A stretch of DNA of 39,903 nucleotides from an uncultured Enterobacteriaceae bacterium (GCA_964546195.1 CAZJJC010000219.1:1-39903); one strand, 5' to 3'; positions 9,200-19,414 are shown, counted from the stretch's first letter. Notes: generated by a model from the sequence alone, not told the origin. Numbers and translations: made by a program.

Positions 9200-9976
9200 A
9201 TGTCTTCCTGTCCTCCGATCGTGCTCACCTTCGCCGCGAGCGATCCCACCGGCGGCGCCGGGCTGCAGGCCGATCTGCTGACCCTCGCCGGGATGGGATG
9301 CCACGCGCTGTCGGTGCTGACCGCGCTGACCGTACAGGACACCTGCGGCGTGGAAAGCATCCACCCGGTGGAGCCCGACCGTGTACGCGCGCAGGCCGAG
9401 CTCGTCCTCGCCGAGACGCGGGTAGCCGCGTTCAAGCTCGGCGTGCTGGGCTCCTCGGGGAACATCCGTGTCATCGCGGCGATCCTCGAGGACTATCCGG
9501 ACGTGCCGGTGGTGCTCGATCCGGTGCTCGCTTCGGGACGCGGCGAGCCGTTGTCGGACGATGCGATGCTCGAAGCGCTGTGCGAGCAGCTCCTGCCCCA
9601 GTCGACCGTGGCGACGCCGAACAGCATCGAGGCGCGTCGCCTGGGCGGGGCACCGCGGCTTTTGGCCGCGGGCTGCGAGTACGTGCTGGTGACGGGCACG
9701 CACGAGCCCGGCGAGCAGGTGCTCAACCGCCTGTACGACCGCGGCGGCCTGGTGCGCGAGGACCGCTGGCCGCGCCTGCCCGGGAGCTACCACGGCTCGG
9801 GCTGCACGCTTGCTTCGGCCATTGCCGCGGCGCTCGCCAACGGCCTCGCCGTACCGGAGGCGGTGCGCGATGCCCAGGAATACACCTGGCAGGCGCTCGC
9901 GGCCGGCTTTCGCCCCGGCGCCGGCCAGCACATCCCCGACCGCTTCTTCTGGGCGCGCGAGGGCAGCAAGGCATGA
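9200..9976 (+). CDS. thiD: Hydroxymethylpyrimidine / phosphomethylpyrimidine kinase
   Basis: 258 aa beginning ...[21 protein letters not shown], with the ribokinase-like C-terminal [12 protein letters not shown]. Confidence 0.92.
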   Translation: MSSCPPIVLTFAASDPTGGAGLQADLLTLAGMGCHALSVLTALTVQDTCGVESIHPVEPDRVRAQAELVLAETRVAAFKLGVLGSSGNIRVIAAILEDYPDVPVVLDPVLASGRGEPLSDDAMLEALCEQLLPQSTVATPNSIEARRLGGAPRLLAAGCEYVLVTGTHEPGEQVLNRLYDRGGLVREDRWPRLPGSYHGSGCTLASAIAAALANGLAVPEAVRDAQEYTWQALAAGFRPGAGQHIPDRFFWAREGSKA

Positions 9977-10551
9977 CGCTGCGCGGCCTCTACGCCGTTA
10001 CGCCCGATCCCTCGGGCTTCGAGAAAATCGAGCAAGCCCTCGAGGGCGGCGTAGCGCTGCTTCAATACCGGCGCAAGCAGCGCGATGTCGCCGAAGCGCG
10101 CGAAATCGTGGCCCTCGGACACCGCTACGGCGTTCCGGTCATCGTCAACGACGACGTGGAGCTCGCGCTTGAAGTGGGCGCGGCCGGCGCGCACCTCGGG
10201 CGCGACGACGGCGATCTTGTCGCCGCGCGCGCGCGGCTCGGCAAAGGGATTCTGGGCGCGTCATGCTACGACGACCTCGAAATGGCGAAGGCCGCCGTCC
10301 GCGCCGGCGCCGATTACGTCGCTTTCGGCAGCGTGTTCGCCTCGCCCACCAAGCCGGCGGCGGTGCGCGCGCCCTTGAGCCTGTTTTCTTCGCATCTGGG
10401 CGTACCGCTGTGCGCGATCGGCGGCATTACGCTCGCCAATGCAAGGCAGCTCGTTGCCGCCGGGGCGGACCTGCTCGCGGTGATCACCGACCTTTTCGAG
10501 GCGCCGGACATTGCGCAACGCGCGGCCGAGTACCGCAGGCTCTTCGCATGA
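9973..10551 (+). CDS. thiE: Thiamine-phosphate synthase
   Basis: ATG 9973 (ATGA overlap with thiD): [12 protein letters not shown]...LLQYRRK...VNDDVELA...FASPTKP...AIGGI. Confidence 0.9.
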   Translation: MTLRGLYAVTPDPSGFEKIEQALEGGVALLQYRRKQRDVAEAREIVALGHRYGVPVIVNDDVELALEVGAAGAHLGRDDGDLVAARARLGKGILGASCYDDLEMAKAAVRAGADYVAFGSVFASPTKPAAVRAPLSLFSSHLGVPLCAIGGITLANARQLVAAGADLLAVITDLFEAPDIAQRAAEYRRLFA

Positions 10552-11825
10552 AAAACGAAGCCCTGTTCGAGCGCGCGCAGCGCCTGATCCCGGCGGGGGT
10601 CAACTCGCCGGTGCGGGCCTTCGGCGCGGTCGGCGGCACGCCGCCGTTCTTCGAGCGCGCCTCGGGCGCCCATCTGTGGGACGCCGAGGGCAGGCGCTAC
10701 ATCGACTACGTCGGTTCCTGGGGCCCCATGGTCGCCGGGCACACGCATCCCGCAGTGGTGCAGGCGGTGCACGAAGCCGCCTCGCGCGCGCTGTCCTTCG
10801 GCGCGCCGACGCAAGCCGAGGTGGAGCTCGCCGAGCTGCTGTGCCGCCTCGTGCCCTCGCTCGACATGGTGCGCCTCGTGTCCTCGGGCACCGAGGCGAC
10901 GATGACGGCGATCCGGCTTGCGCGCGGCTTCACCGGGCGCGACCCGATCGTGAAGTTCGAGGGCTGCTACCACGGCCACGCCGATTCGCTGCTCGTCAAG
11001 GCCGGCTCGGGGGCACTCACCTTCGGTAATCCGAGCTCCGCCGGAGTGCCGGCCGACACGGCAGCACACACGCTGGTTGCGCATTTCAACGATTCCTCCC
11101 GGATAAAGGAGGTTTTCGAGAAACACGGAAACAGCATTGCCGCGGTGATCGTCGAGCCGGTCGCGGGCAACATGAATCTCGTGCTGCCGGCGCCGGGCTT
11201 CCTGGAGACGCTGCGCGAGGAGTGCACGAGGCACGGCGCGGTGCTGATCTTCGACGAGGTGATGACCGGCTTTCGCGTCGCGCGCGGCGGCGCGCAGGCG
11301 CGCTATGGCGTGCGCCCGGATCTCACCACGCTCGGCAAGGTGATCGGCGGCGGCCTGCCGGTCGGGGCGGTGGGCGGCCGGCGCGACATCATGCAGAAGA
11401 TCGCGCCGCTCGGTCCGGTGTACCAGGCGGGCACGCTGTCGGGCAATCCCGTGGCGGTGGCGGCGGGGCTCGCGACATTGAAGCTTGTCCAACAGGACGG
11501 TTTTCAGGAACGCATTGAGGCGACGACGCGCGCGCTCGTGGACCGCCTTCAGGAAGAAGCCAACAGAGCAAACGTCGTATTCTCAGCGCAATCGATCGGC
11601 AGCCTGTTCGGCATTTACTTCCGCCAAGCGCCGCCGCGCGGCTTCGCCGAGGTGATGCAATGCGACCGCGAGCGCTTCAACCGCTTCTTCCACGAAATGC
11701 TCAAGCGCGGGATCTACCTGGCGCCGTCGGCGTACGAAGCGGGCTTCGTTTCGGCGGCGCACGGCGACAGCGAGATCGAGGAGACGGTGCAAGCAGCGCG
11801 CGCCGCGTTTGAAACAATGGCGTAA
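10548..11825 (+). CDS. hemL: Glutamate-1-semialdehyde 2,1-aminomutase
   Basis: ATG 10548 (ATGA overlap with thiE): [25 protein letters not shown]... with PLP-lysine region [15 protein letters not shown]. Confidence 0.93.
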   Translation: MKNEALFERAQRLIPAGVNSPVRAFGAVGGTPPFFERASGAHLWDAEGRRYIDYVGSWGPMVAGHTHPAVVQAVHEAASRALSFGAPTQAEVELAELLCRLVPSLDMVRLVSSGTEATMTAIRLARGFTGRDPIVKFEGCYHGHADSLLVKAGSGALTFGNPSSAGVPADTAAHTLVAHFNDSSRIKEVFEKHGNSIAAVIVEPVAGNMNLVLPAPGFLETLREECTRHGAVLIFDEVMTGFRVARGGAQARYGVRPDLTTLGKVIGGGLPVGAVGGRRDIMQKIAPLGPVYQAGTLSGNPVAVAAGLATLKLVQQDGFQERIEATTRALVDRLQEEANRANVVFSAQSIGSLFGIYFRQAPPRGFAEVMQCDRERFNRFFHEMLKRGIYLAPSAYEAGFVSAAHGDSEIEETVQAARAAFETMA

Positions 11826-11905
11826 CAGGAATGGTATGCAATTTGCGAGTGAGCGGCATGCAAATTCTGACCGAGAGCAGCGCGTGGCGCTGTTCGACTA
11901 TGCGC

Positions 11906-13267
11906 TCAAACAAGGAAGAGCGTTGCTAGGCCGAGAAAGATGAGGAAGCCGCCCGAGTCGGTCACCGCCGTGATCAGCACCGAGGAGCCGAGCGCGGGGT
12001 CCCTGCCGAAGCGCGCGCGCCCCCACGGAATGGCCACGCCCATCATGGCGGCGAGGACGAAATTGAGCATCATGGCGAGCGCCATGACGCCGCCGAGGGC
12101 GACGCTGCCGTAGAACGCATAGGCCATCGCGCCGAGCAGCGTGCCCCAGACCGCGCCGTTGAGGAGCGCGACGCCGATTTCCTTGCCCAGCAGCCTGACC
12201 CAGTAGCCGCCGTGGATCTGCCCGAGCGCGAGCGCGCGCACGATCATCGTGACCGTCTGGTTGCCGGAGTTGCCGCCGATGCCGGCCACGATCGGCATCA
12301 GCGCCGCAAGCGCCACCAGCTGCACGATCGAATCCTCGAACGCGCCGATCACGCGTGAGGCGATGAACGCGGTGACCAGGTTCAGCGCGAGCCAGGCCCA
12401 GCGGTTCTTGAAGCTGTCGAGCACCGGCGCGAACACGTCCTCCTCGTGCTGCAGGCCGGCTTCGGCGAGGCGCGATTCGGCGCTCCTCTGGCGGATGTAG
12501 TCCACCACCGCGTCGACGGTGAGCCGGCCCATCAGCCGGCCGTGCGCATCGACCACCGGCGCCGACACGAGGTCGTAGCGCTCGAAGGCGCTGGCCGCGT
12601 CCTCGGCGCTGTCGTGCGGCTCGAGCTTCACGCTTTCAGGCACCATGACGCGCCCGACGGGCAGGTCGAGCCCGGATACGATGAGGCGCGCGAGCGGCAA
12701 CGCGCCTTTCAGCCGCTGCTCGTGGTCCACCACGAACAGCTGGTCGGTATGGTCGGGCAGCTCGTCCAGGCGGCGCAGGTAGCGCGTCGCCGCCTCGAGC
12801 GTCACGTCCTCGCGCACCGCGACATGGTCGAAATCCATGAGCGCGCCCACCGAGCCCTCGGGATACGACAGCGCCGCGCGCAGCCGCTCGCGCTCCTCGG
12901 GGGGCCGCGACTGCACCACCTCCTCGATGACGCTCGGCGGCAGGTCCGGCGCGATGTCGGCAAGCTCGTCGGCCTCGAGCGTTTCCACGGCCGCGACCAG
13001 CTCGGCCGAATCCATGCTGGCGATGAGCGATTCGCGCACCGCGTCGCTGACCTCGAGCAGGATCTCGCCGTCGCGATCGGCTTTCACCAGGTCCCATACC
13101 GCCAGGCGCTGCTCGAGCGGCAGCGCCTCGAGGATGTAGGCGATATCGGCTGCGTGCAGCCGGTCGAGCTTGCCGCGCAGCTCCCCCGGCGGGCGGCTCT
13201 CGTGCAGCAGCGCCTGCACCTCGGCAAGGTGGTGCTGCAGGTCCTCGAGCTCGAGGCGCTCCTGCAT
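11906..13267 (-). CDS. mgtE: Magnesium transporter MgtE
   Basis: Start trimmed to ATG 13267 (MQERLELEDLQHHL...). MgtE_N-like region (AADIAYILEALPLEQRLAVW), CBS pair region and C-terminal TM domain (GIGGNSGNQT...TDSGGFLIFLGLA). TGATG 1-nt overlap with mtgA. Confidence 0.9.
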   Translation of the reverse strand: MQERLELEDLQHHLAEVQALLHESRPPGELRGKLDRLHAADIAYILEALPLEQRLAVWDLVKADRDGEILLEVSDAVRESLIASMDSAELVAAVETLEADELADIAPDLPPSVIEEVVQSRPPEERERLRAALSYPEGSVGALMDFDHVAVREDVTLEAATRYLRRLDELPDHTDQLFVVDHEQRLKGALPLARLIVSGLDLPVGRVMVPESVKLEPHDSAEDAASAFERYDLVSAPVVDAHGRLMGRLTVDAVVDYIRQRSAESRLAEAGLQHEEDVFAPVLDSFKNRWAWLALNLVTAFIASRVIGAFEDSIVQLVALAALMPIVAGIGGNSGNQTVTMIVRALALGQIHGGYWVRLLGKEIGVALLNGAVWGTLLGAMAYAFYGSVALGGVMALAMMLNFVLAAMMGVAIPWGRARFGRDPALGSSVLITAVTDSGGFLIFLGLATLFLV

Positions 13268-13986
13268 CAGGGAATCTGCACCGCGGACATGCGCGCGAGG
13301 ATGGTGCCCGTGCGCGCGTCGAGGTACGCGGTGGGGCGGCCGCGCTCGTAGCGCCGCGGGCTGGGCAGGATGGCGGCGAGCCACGCCGCCTGCTCGGACG
13401 ACAGCGCCGCGGCCGAGACGCCGAAATGGTGGCGCGCCGCCGCCTCGGCGCCGAACACGCCCTCGCCCCACTCGGCGAAGTTCAGGTACAGCTCGAGGAT
13501 GCGCCGCTTCGACATGGTGGTTTCGAGCATCCAGGTGATGAGCGCTTCCTGGCCCTTGCGCAGCCACGAGCGGCTGCCCGACAGGAATAGGTTCTTCGCC
13601 AGCTGCTGGCTGATGGTCGAGGCGCCGGCGACGATTCTGCCGCGCCGCTCGTTGCGCGCCATGGCCTGCTGGATCGCCTCCCAGTCGAATCCCTCGTGGT
13701 CGAGAAAGCGCGCGTCCTCCGCGGCGACCACCGCGCGCTTCAGGTGCGCCGAGATGCGCGCATAGGGCACCCAGTGGTGCCTCAGCCTTGCCGACGGTTT
13801 TTTCTCCCGCAGCGCTTCCAGCCGGCGGTCCATGAACGACGAAGTGACCGGCTCGAAGTGGTTCCAGTACAGCACCTGGCTGAAGAACCACAGCTGCACC
13901 GCGATGACCGCCAGCACCAGCGTGCCGAGCGCGAAGCAGAACAGCTTCCAGGCGAAGACTACGCCGCCGAAGCGCTTGCGCCGCAC
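13267..13986 (-). CDS. mtgA: Monofunctional biosynthetic peptidoglycan transglycosylase
   Basis: GT51 motifs EDARFLDHEGFD and GASTISQQLAKNLFL, plus an N-terminal TM helix. GTG start at 13986. Confidence 0.9.
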   Translation of the reverse strand: MRRKRFGGVVFAWKLFCFALGTLVLAVIAVQLWFFSQVLYWNHFEPVTSSFMDRRLEALREKKPSARLRHHWVPYARISAHLKRAVVAAEDARFLDHEGFDWEAIQQAMARNERRGRIVAGASTISQQLAKNLFLSGSRSWLRKGQEALITWMLETTMSKRRILELYLNFAEWGEGVFGAEAAARHHFGVSAAALSSEQAAWLAAILPSPRRYERGRPTAYLDARTGTILARMSAVQIP

Positions 13987-14014
13987 GCAGCCGTTCCAGC
14001 GGACCGGTCGCGCA

Positions 14015-14896
14015 TCAGCGGCGCGCTTCAGTCCAGATCTTGTCGCCCTGGCCGAAAAACCAGGTGCGCGTGATGACCAAGAGGTCGGTGTCGCGCCGGA
14101 TGCTCGGCGGAAACGCCGCGAACGGCGTTGCCATGCGCACGATCTTGAAGGCCGCCGCGTCGAGCACCTTGAGGCCGGAGGAGCGGTCGAGCTCGATCGA
14201 CTCCACCGTGCCGTCCGGCCGGATGGTGACGGTCAGTCGCAGGCTGCCGTAGTGCTTGCCACGCGCCTGCGCCGGGTAGTTGAGGGTGCCCACGCGCTCG
14301 ATCTTGACGCGCCAGTCCTCCTCGTACTGTGCGAAGCGGTACTCGGCCGCGCGCGCGCCGATGAATTTCTTGCGCGGGCGCTTCTGGTACTGCTCGGTCT
14401 GGCGGTCGATCTGCGCCTGCAGGCGCATCGCCGCGAGCGACAGGTCGGCCAGGTCGCGCCCGCTCGGCCGCGCCACGACCTCCTCGGCGGGCGTGCTGCG
14501 CGGCTTTTCCTCCGGCACGCGGCGCTTGGACTCGCGCGCCTGCGCAAGCAGCTGCCGCTGCTGCGCCTCGAGCTGCTGCACGCGGCGCTGCGCCTGGGCG
14601 AGATCCTTTCCCGGCTTGCGCGGCTCGCTGACCGGCAGCGGTGTCTTGGCGCGCCGGTTCTCGTCGACGTTGCCGCCGCGGTCGAGATTGGACTGTGCGA
14701 GCACGTCGGCGCGCACCGGCCGCTCGCGCGTCCTGGCATTGACCAGCACGACTTCCAGGGGCTCGTTGGCCGTCCTCGCGCGCGGGTCGGGCATCCTGAA
14801 ATGCACCGCCATCAGCGCCGCGTGCAGCGCGATCGACAGCCCGAGCGCAGCGCCCAAGACCCGATGCTGGCTGGACAACATTAAGTGCATTCCCAC
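14015..14896 (-). CDS. TonB-family protein (N-terminal TM anchor, Gln/Arg-rich coiled region, TonB C-terminal domain)
   Basis: TM segment VLGAALGLSIALHAALMAV. C-terminal YPAQARGKHYGSLRLTVTIRPDGTVESIELDRSSGLKVLDAAAFKIV resembles the TonB_C fold signature. Start is ambiguous: in-frame GTG 14896, ATG 14890 or ATG 14881. Confidence 0.7.
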   Translation of the reverse strand: MGMHLMLSSQHRVLGAALGLSIALHAALMAVHFRMPDPRARTANEPLEVVLVNARTRERPVRADVLAQSNLDRGGNVDENRRAKTPLPVSEPRKPGKDLAQAQRRVQQLEAQQRQLLAQARESKRRVPEEKPRSTPAEEVVARPSGRDLADLSLAAMRLQAQIDRQTEQYQKRPRKKFIGARAAEYRFAQYEEDWRVKIERVGTLNYPAQARGKHYGSLRLTVTIRPDGTVESIELDRSSGLKVLDAAAFKIVRMATPFAAFPPSIRRDTDLLVITRTWFFGQGDKIWTEARR

Positions 14897-14914
14897 GTTA
14901 AGTGCATTCTCACG
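14881..14914. repeat. Tandem 17-bp direct duplication (TTAAGTGCATTCCCACG / TTAAGTGCATTCTCACG) over the tonB-like start region
   Basis: Read directly from the sequence: two adjacent 17-mers with one mismatch (14893 C vs 14910 T). Confidence 0.9.
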
Positions 14915-14938
14915 TCCGCACTACAAGTCTTTCATATT

Positions 14939-16816
14939 CTAGGCTTTTTCGACAAGGTCGGTTGCTGCATTGCCGCTGCCGCCCGGGGCCAGCGTCTCGC
15001 GGTACACCGCCCGCAGCGTGCGCTCCAGGAAGTCGATTTCCGCTATTTCCAGCCGCACCCGCGTCCCGGGCTCGAGCTCGGGCAACGCGCCCACGCGGGT
15101 CACCAGCGGGAAGCCCTCCGCCCGCACCAGGTTCTCCCTCAGCACTACCGCCTCGAACCTGCGAAGGCCCTCTTGCTGCAGCCAGCGCAGCACCCAGTAC
15201 GTCTCCATGGCACGCTGATGCTCGTCGTAGCGCGCATAGGTCACCTCGAAGGCGCCCAGGGCGGCGAGCAGCGCGTCCGAATTGCGCCCGAACGGCGGGC
15301 GCTGGCCGTTGACCGCGGCGATGAGCTGCCACTGGTTCACGAGGTCGACATAGCGCCGCAGCGGCGAGCTCAGCCAGGCGTAGCCCGACACGCCCAGGCC
15401 CTCGTGCGGCTCCGGGTGCACGCTGAGCCGCACCTTCCCCGTGGATTGCACGCGATAGATTCCCGCCACGTCGCGCTCGGCCAGCAAGGCGCCCCACGAG
15501 GTGTTCGCGAGGATCATCAGCTCCGACACCAGCTTGTCGAGCGGCGCGCCGCGCTTTCTCGGCACGATGCGCACCCGGCCGTGCTCGACGTGGAAGCTGT
15601 AGTCGAAGGTCATGGCACCGGCGCTGGGACGGCCGCGCGCCGCCTCCAGCGCCATGGCCACGCGCCAGAGCGTCCTGAGGTCTTCCTCATGCGGCAGGCC
15701 CGCCTGGCTGCCCTGCTCGAACGCCTCATTGAGCACGTCGTACTGCACGTGCCGCAGATTGGCGGCAATCGCCACGCGCTCCAGCCGCGTATGCCGCCCC
15801 TGCAATCTGCCGTCTTTCACGTCGAAATAGAGCGACACCGCGGCTCGCTCGCCGCCGTGCTCGAGCGAGAAGCGCTCGATCACGTCCTCGGGCAGCATGG
15901 TGAATTTGCGCCCGGGCATGTAGGCGGTGGAAAGCCGCTCGCGCGCAATCGCGTCCAGGGTCGAGCCCGGCGCGATGCCCAGCGCGGGGGCCGCGATGTG
16001 GATGCCGATGCGCACCAGCCCGTCGGCGCCCTGCCGCACCGAGAACGCGTCGTCGATCTCGCTGGTGCCGACGTCGTCCAGGCTGAAGGCCGGCGCTTCC
16101 GCCAGCGGCAGGCCGGCCTGCGGCGCCGGCACTTCGTGGGGCGCAAATCCGGTGCCGCGCGGAAAGAACTCGTGCACGAAGCGCCCCAGGTGATACTCGT
16201 GCGCATCGGGCAGCAGTCCGCAGCGCTCGAACAGGCGCGCCGGCGTCAGCCCGGTCTGGCGGCAGGCCTGCTCGAAGGCTTTGGCCTGCGGCTTGTTGCG
16301 GTCGGGCTCGTACAGCAGCTCGTCGCGCAGCGCCGCGACCTCCGGCGGGCACTCGAAGTTCGTCAGCCGCAGCGTCCAGCCCTCGATCGTCTCCTGCAAA
16401 CGCTTTTTCTTCTCGATGCTGGCGAGCGCGAGGTTGAGCGTCTCCTCGGGCGCCGCCTGGAAGCGGCCCTTGCCGCGGCGGTAGAAGTACATCGGCGCGG
16501 AATGCAGCTTGAGCAGCACCCCCGCCGCCTCCACCGCGTTGGGCTCGCGCCCGACATAGTCCTGCGCCAGGTCCTGAAAGCCGAATTCGCGCTTGCTGCT
16601 GCACGCCCACAGGAAGCCCACGTCGAGCCCGCCGGCGAATTTTTGCGCTTCGGCGAGCAGCTCCGCGCCGCCGGGCCGCTCGAACGAAAGCAGCACGCTG
16701 GACGCCTTGACCTTGGAACGGCGCCCATGCGGGCTTTCGACCTGGAACGAGGCCGGCGCCTGCGCAAGGACCGTCCCGACCTTCAGGTCGCCTTCTTCTT
16801 CATACAGCAGTTGCAC
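14939..16816 (-). CDS. rnb: RNB-family exoribonuclease (RNase II-like)
   Basis: RNB active-site region GTSEIDDAFSV. I chose GTG 16816 as the start (VQLLYEEEGDLKVGTV...) because the longer ATG 16906 start would overlap yqiA by 107 nt. Confidence 0.82.
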   Translation of the reverse strand: MQLLYEEEGDLKVGTVLAQAPASFQVESPHGRRSKVKASSVLLSFERPGGAELLAEAQKFAGGLDVGFLWACSSKREFGFQDLAQDYVGREPNAVEAAGVLLKLHSAPMYFYRRGKGRFQAAPEETLNLALASIEKKKRLQETIEGWTLRLTNFECPPEVAALRDELLYEPDRNKPQAKAFEQACRQTGLTPARLFERCGLLPDAHEYHLGRFVHEFFPRGTGFAPHEVPAPQAGLPLAEAPAFSLDDVGTSEIDDAFSVRQGADGLVRIGIHIAAPALGIAPGSTLDAIARERLSTAYMPGRKFTMLPEDVIERFSLEHGGERAAVSLYFDVKDGRLQGRHTRLERVAIAANLRHVQYDVLNEAFEQGSQAGLPHEEDLRTLWRVAMALEAARGRPSAGAMTFDYSFHVEHGRVRIVPRKRGAPLDKLVSELMILANTSWGALLAERDVAGIYRVQSTGKVRLSVHPEPHEGLGVSGYAWLSSPLRRYVDLVNQWQLIAAVNGQRPPFGRNSDALLAALGAFEVTYARYDEHQRAMETYWVLRWLQQEGLRRFEAVVLRENLVRAEGFPLVTRVGALPELEPGTRVRLEIAEIDFLERTLRAVYRETLAPGGSGNAATDLVEKA

Positions 16817-17363
16817 GGCAGAACTCGAGGATGCGGGGCAGGTGCCGCGGAAAGCTCTGCAGGCTGTGGTCGCCGCCTTGCACCACGACCTGTGCGGCGC
16901 CGGCATAGCGCTCCACCGCCTTGCGGTAATCGAGCACCTCGTCGCCGGTTTCGACGAGCAGGAGGTAGCGCTGCGGCGTGATGCGCGGCACGTAGAGGTT
17001 CTGCCATTCGCCCAGGTGGGCCTCGGTCAGCTCGTACGGCTCGCCGGTGTGCAGGTTCTTCTGCGGGCCGAGATAGGCGCGCAGGCCGACATGCGGCTCG
17101 ATCGCCGGGTTGATGAGCACCGCCCGGGCGCCGTGCTTTTCGGCGAGATAGGTCGCATAGAAGCCGCCGAGCGAAGAACCGATGTAGCAGGTCTTGCCGT
17201 TCACTTGCAACTGCTCGACTTCCCTCATGGCCTCTTTTGCCAGGGGCGGCAGCGCCGGGCAGGCGTACCGGTCCGCGAGGCCCTGCTCGGCCATGTATTT
17301 CGCCATCAGCTGCGCTTTGTGCGATTGCGGCGAGGAGTTGAAGCCGTGGAGGTACACAATCAC
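16800..17363 (-). CDS. yqiA: YqiA-family esterase (alpha/beta hydrolase, UPF0227)
   Basis: VIVYLHGFNSSPQSHKA... with nucleophile elbow GSSLGG. 187 aa. GTGA overlap with mpl. Confidence 0.8.
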   Translation of the reverse strand: MIVYLHGFNSSPQSHKAQLMAKYMAEQGLADRYACPALPPLAKEAMREVEQLQVNGKTCYIGSSLGGFYATYLAEKHGARAVLINPAIEPHVGLRAYLGPQKNLHTGEPYELTEAHLGEWQNLYVPRITPQRYLLLVETGDEVLDYRKAVERYAGAAQVVVQGGDHSLQSFPRHLPRILEFCRATAV

Positions 17364-18724
17364 GCCGCCCTGCTCCGTTTCAGCCTGTCGAGGAGCTTCT
17401 CGTGGATGCTGCCGAAGCCGCCGTTGGACATGACGAGCACATGGTCGCCCGCCTTCGCCTCCGCGATCACCGCGGCGATCAGCCTGTCCAGTTCGTCCTC
17501 GCAGCGGGCGCGTGGGCCCAGGGGCGCGAATACCGCGGCGGCGTCCCAGCCCAGGCCTGCGCTGTAAACATAGATGCGGTCCGCGGCGGCCAGGCTGGGC
17601 GGCAGGTCATCCTTCATGAGGCCGCGCTTCATGGTGTTCGAGCGCGGCTCGAGCACGGCGAGGATGCGGCCGCGACCGACGCGCTGGCGCAGGCCTTCGA
17701 CGGTGGTGCGGATGGCCGTCGGGTGATGCGCGAAGTCGTCGTAAACCGTTACGCCGCGAGCGTTGCCGCGCACCTGCATGCGCCGGCGCACGCCCGAATA
17801 CGCCGCTAGGTGTTCAATCGCCTCGGCCGGCTCTACCCCCGCGTGCCGCGCGGCGGCCACGGCGGCAAGCGCATTCATGCGGTTGTGCTCGCCCAGCTGG
17901 TCCCAGCGCACGCGGCCCACCGCCTTGCCCTGCCATGCGATCTCGAAGCTGCCATCGGCGTGCGCGCCTCCGGCTTGCCACGCGCCCGGAACGCCGAATG
18001 CCTCCAGGGGCGACCAGACTCCTTGGGTGAGTACCCGCTTCAATGCTTCATCGGCGCCATTGACCACGATCCGGCCGGTGCGCGGCACCGTTCGCACGAA
18101 GTGGTGGAATTGGCGTTCGATCGCTGCAAGATCTTCGAAGATGTCGGCATGATCGAGCTCCAGGTTATTCAGAATTGCCGTCCGCGGCCGGTAATGAACG
18201 AACTTGGACCGCTTATCGAAGAAAGCGGTGTCGTACTCGTCGGCCTCGATGACGAAGAGCGGCGATCCGGTGTGCCTCGCCGAGACCGGGAAATCCATCG
18301 GCACGCCGCCGATGAGGAAGCCCGGCGCGCGCCCGGCGCGCTCGAGAATCCAGGCGAGCATGGCCGACGTGGTGGTCTTGCCATGCGTGCCGGCCACGGC
18401 AAGCACATGCTTGCCTGCGAGCACATGCTCCGACAGCCACTGGGGTCCCGACACGTAGCGCTCGCCGTGGTCGAGGATGGCCTCCATCAGGGGATTGCCG
18501 CGCATGACCACGTTGCCCACCACCCAGACGTCGGGCCGGATGACGAGCTGCTGCTCGCCGAAGCCCTCGGTGAGCTCGATGCCGAGCGAGCGTAGCTGGT
18601 CGCTCATCGGCGGATAGACGTTCGCGTCGCAGCCGGTGACGCGGTAGCCGGCCGCCTTTGCGATGGCCGCGATGCCGCCCATGAAAGTGCCGCAGATGCC
18701 GAGGATGTGGAGGTGTGCGCTCAT
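17360..18724 (-). CDS. mpl: UDP-N-acetylmuramate:L-alanyl-gamma-D-glutamyl-meso-DAP ligase (murein peptide ligase)
   Basis: MSAHLHILGICGTFMGGIAAIAKAAGYRVTGCDANVYPPMS... with Mur-ligase P-loop AGTHGKTTTSAM. 454 aa. Confidence 0.9.
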   Translation of the reverse strand: MSAHLHILGICGTFMGGIAAIAKAAGYRVTGCDANVYPPMSDQLRSLGIELTEGFGEQQLVIRPDVWVVGNVVMRGNPLMEAILDHGERYVSGPQWLSEHVLAGKHVLAVAGTHGKTTTSAMLAWILERAGRAPGFLIGGVPMDFPVSARHTGSPLFVIEADEYDTAFFDKRSKFVHYRPRTAILNNLELDHADIFEDLAAIERQFHHFVRTVPRTGRIVVNGADEALKRVLTQGVWSPLEAFGVPGAWQAGGAHADGSFEIAWQGKAVGRVRWDQLGEHNRMNALAAVAAARHAGVEPAEAIEHLAAYSGVRRRMQVRGNARGVTVYDDFAHHPTAIRTTVEGLRQRVGRGRILAVLEPRSNTMKRGLMKDDLPPSLAAADRIYVYSAGLGWDAAAVFAPLGPRARCEDELDRLIAAVIAEAKAGDHVLVMSNGGFGSIHEKLLDRLKRSRAA

Positions 18725-18796
18725 GGATGGCCGCAGCCAAGGGCGGGATTCTATGCGACCTGGCTGCGCTATATTCCGCGTTCAGCGAGCCACGGA

Positions 18797-19414
18797 ATGA
18801 GCCGCAAAACCAACCGGCAGACCGGTACGAGGGCGCGCATCGCCGCTGCGGCCGCGCGCCTGATGGCGGAGGACGGAATCGACGATTTCGCCCTGGCCAA
18901 GCGAAAGGCCGCGAAGCAGCTTGGCGCCACCGACGCGCAGGCGCTCCCGGGAAACGACGAGATCGAAGAGGAGTTGCGCGAGTACCTTGCGCTGTACCAG
19001 GCGGACGAGCACCCGCAGCGCATCGCCGAGCTGCGCGGCATCGCGCTCGACGCCATGCGGGCGCTGGAGCGCTTCAACCCCTATCTGACCGGCCCGGTGC
19101 TGAAAGGCATCGCCGGCCCCTACGTCGAGATCGAGCTGCAGCTTTTTCCCGACAGCGTGAAGGAGGTGGAGATATTCCTGCTGGACCGCAACCTCAGCTA
19201 CGACACCCGCGAGACCCGGCGCTATGCCGGGGGCCGCGCCCACGCGGTCAGCGTGCTGTCGCTCACGTGGGGCGGCGCGCCGCTCAGGCTGTCCATCTTC
19301 GACCAGCGCGACGAGCGCGTCGCGCTCAAGACCTCTCAAGCAGGACGGGTCATGGACCGCGCCGGCATCGCCGAAGTGGGGGCGCTGGTGCGCGATGAAC
19401 CCGGGCCGGCGTGA
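18797..19414 (+). CDS. Conserved hypothetical protein
   Basis: Start trimmed to ATG 18797 (MSRKTNRQTGTRARIAAAAARLMAEDG...). No family recognised with certainty. Coding-like composition, divergent from mpl. Confidence 0.55.
   Translation: MSRKTNRQTGTRARIAAAAARLMAEDGIDDFALAKRKAAKQLGATDAQALPGNDEIEEELREYLALYQADEHPQRIAELRGIALDAMRALERFNPYLTGPVLKGIAGPYVEIELQLFPDSVKEVEIFLLDRNLSYDTRETRRYAGGRAHAVSVLSLTWGGAPLRLSIFDQRDERVALKTSQAGRVMDRAGIAEVGALVRDEPGPA

Noticed and set aside
11826-11905. Possible bidirectional terminator between convergent hemL and mgtE (CAGCGC-GTG-GCGCTG hairpin at 11878..11892; AATTTGC...GCAAATT at about 11839..11866)
   Set aside because: The stems are only 6-7 bp and neither is followed by a U-tract on either strand, which is too weak to call an intrinsic terminator.
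14885-16981. 698-aa + strand ORF opposite the RNase II-like gene
   Set aside because: It is antisense to a gene with clear RNB motifs and its composition is Arg/Ala/Leu-rich without motifs. Shadow ORF.
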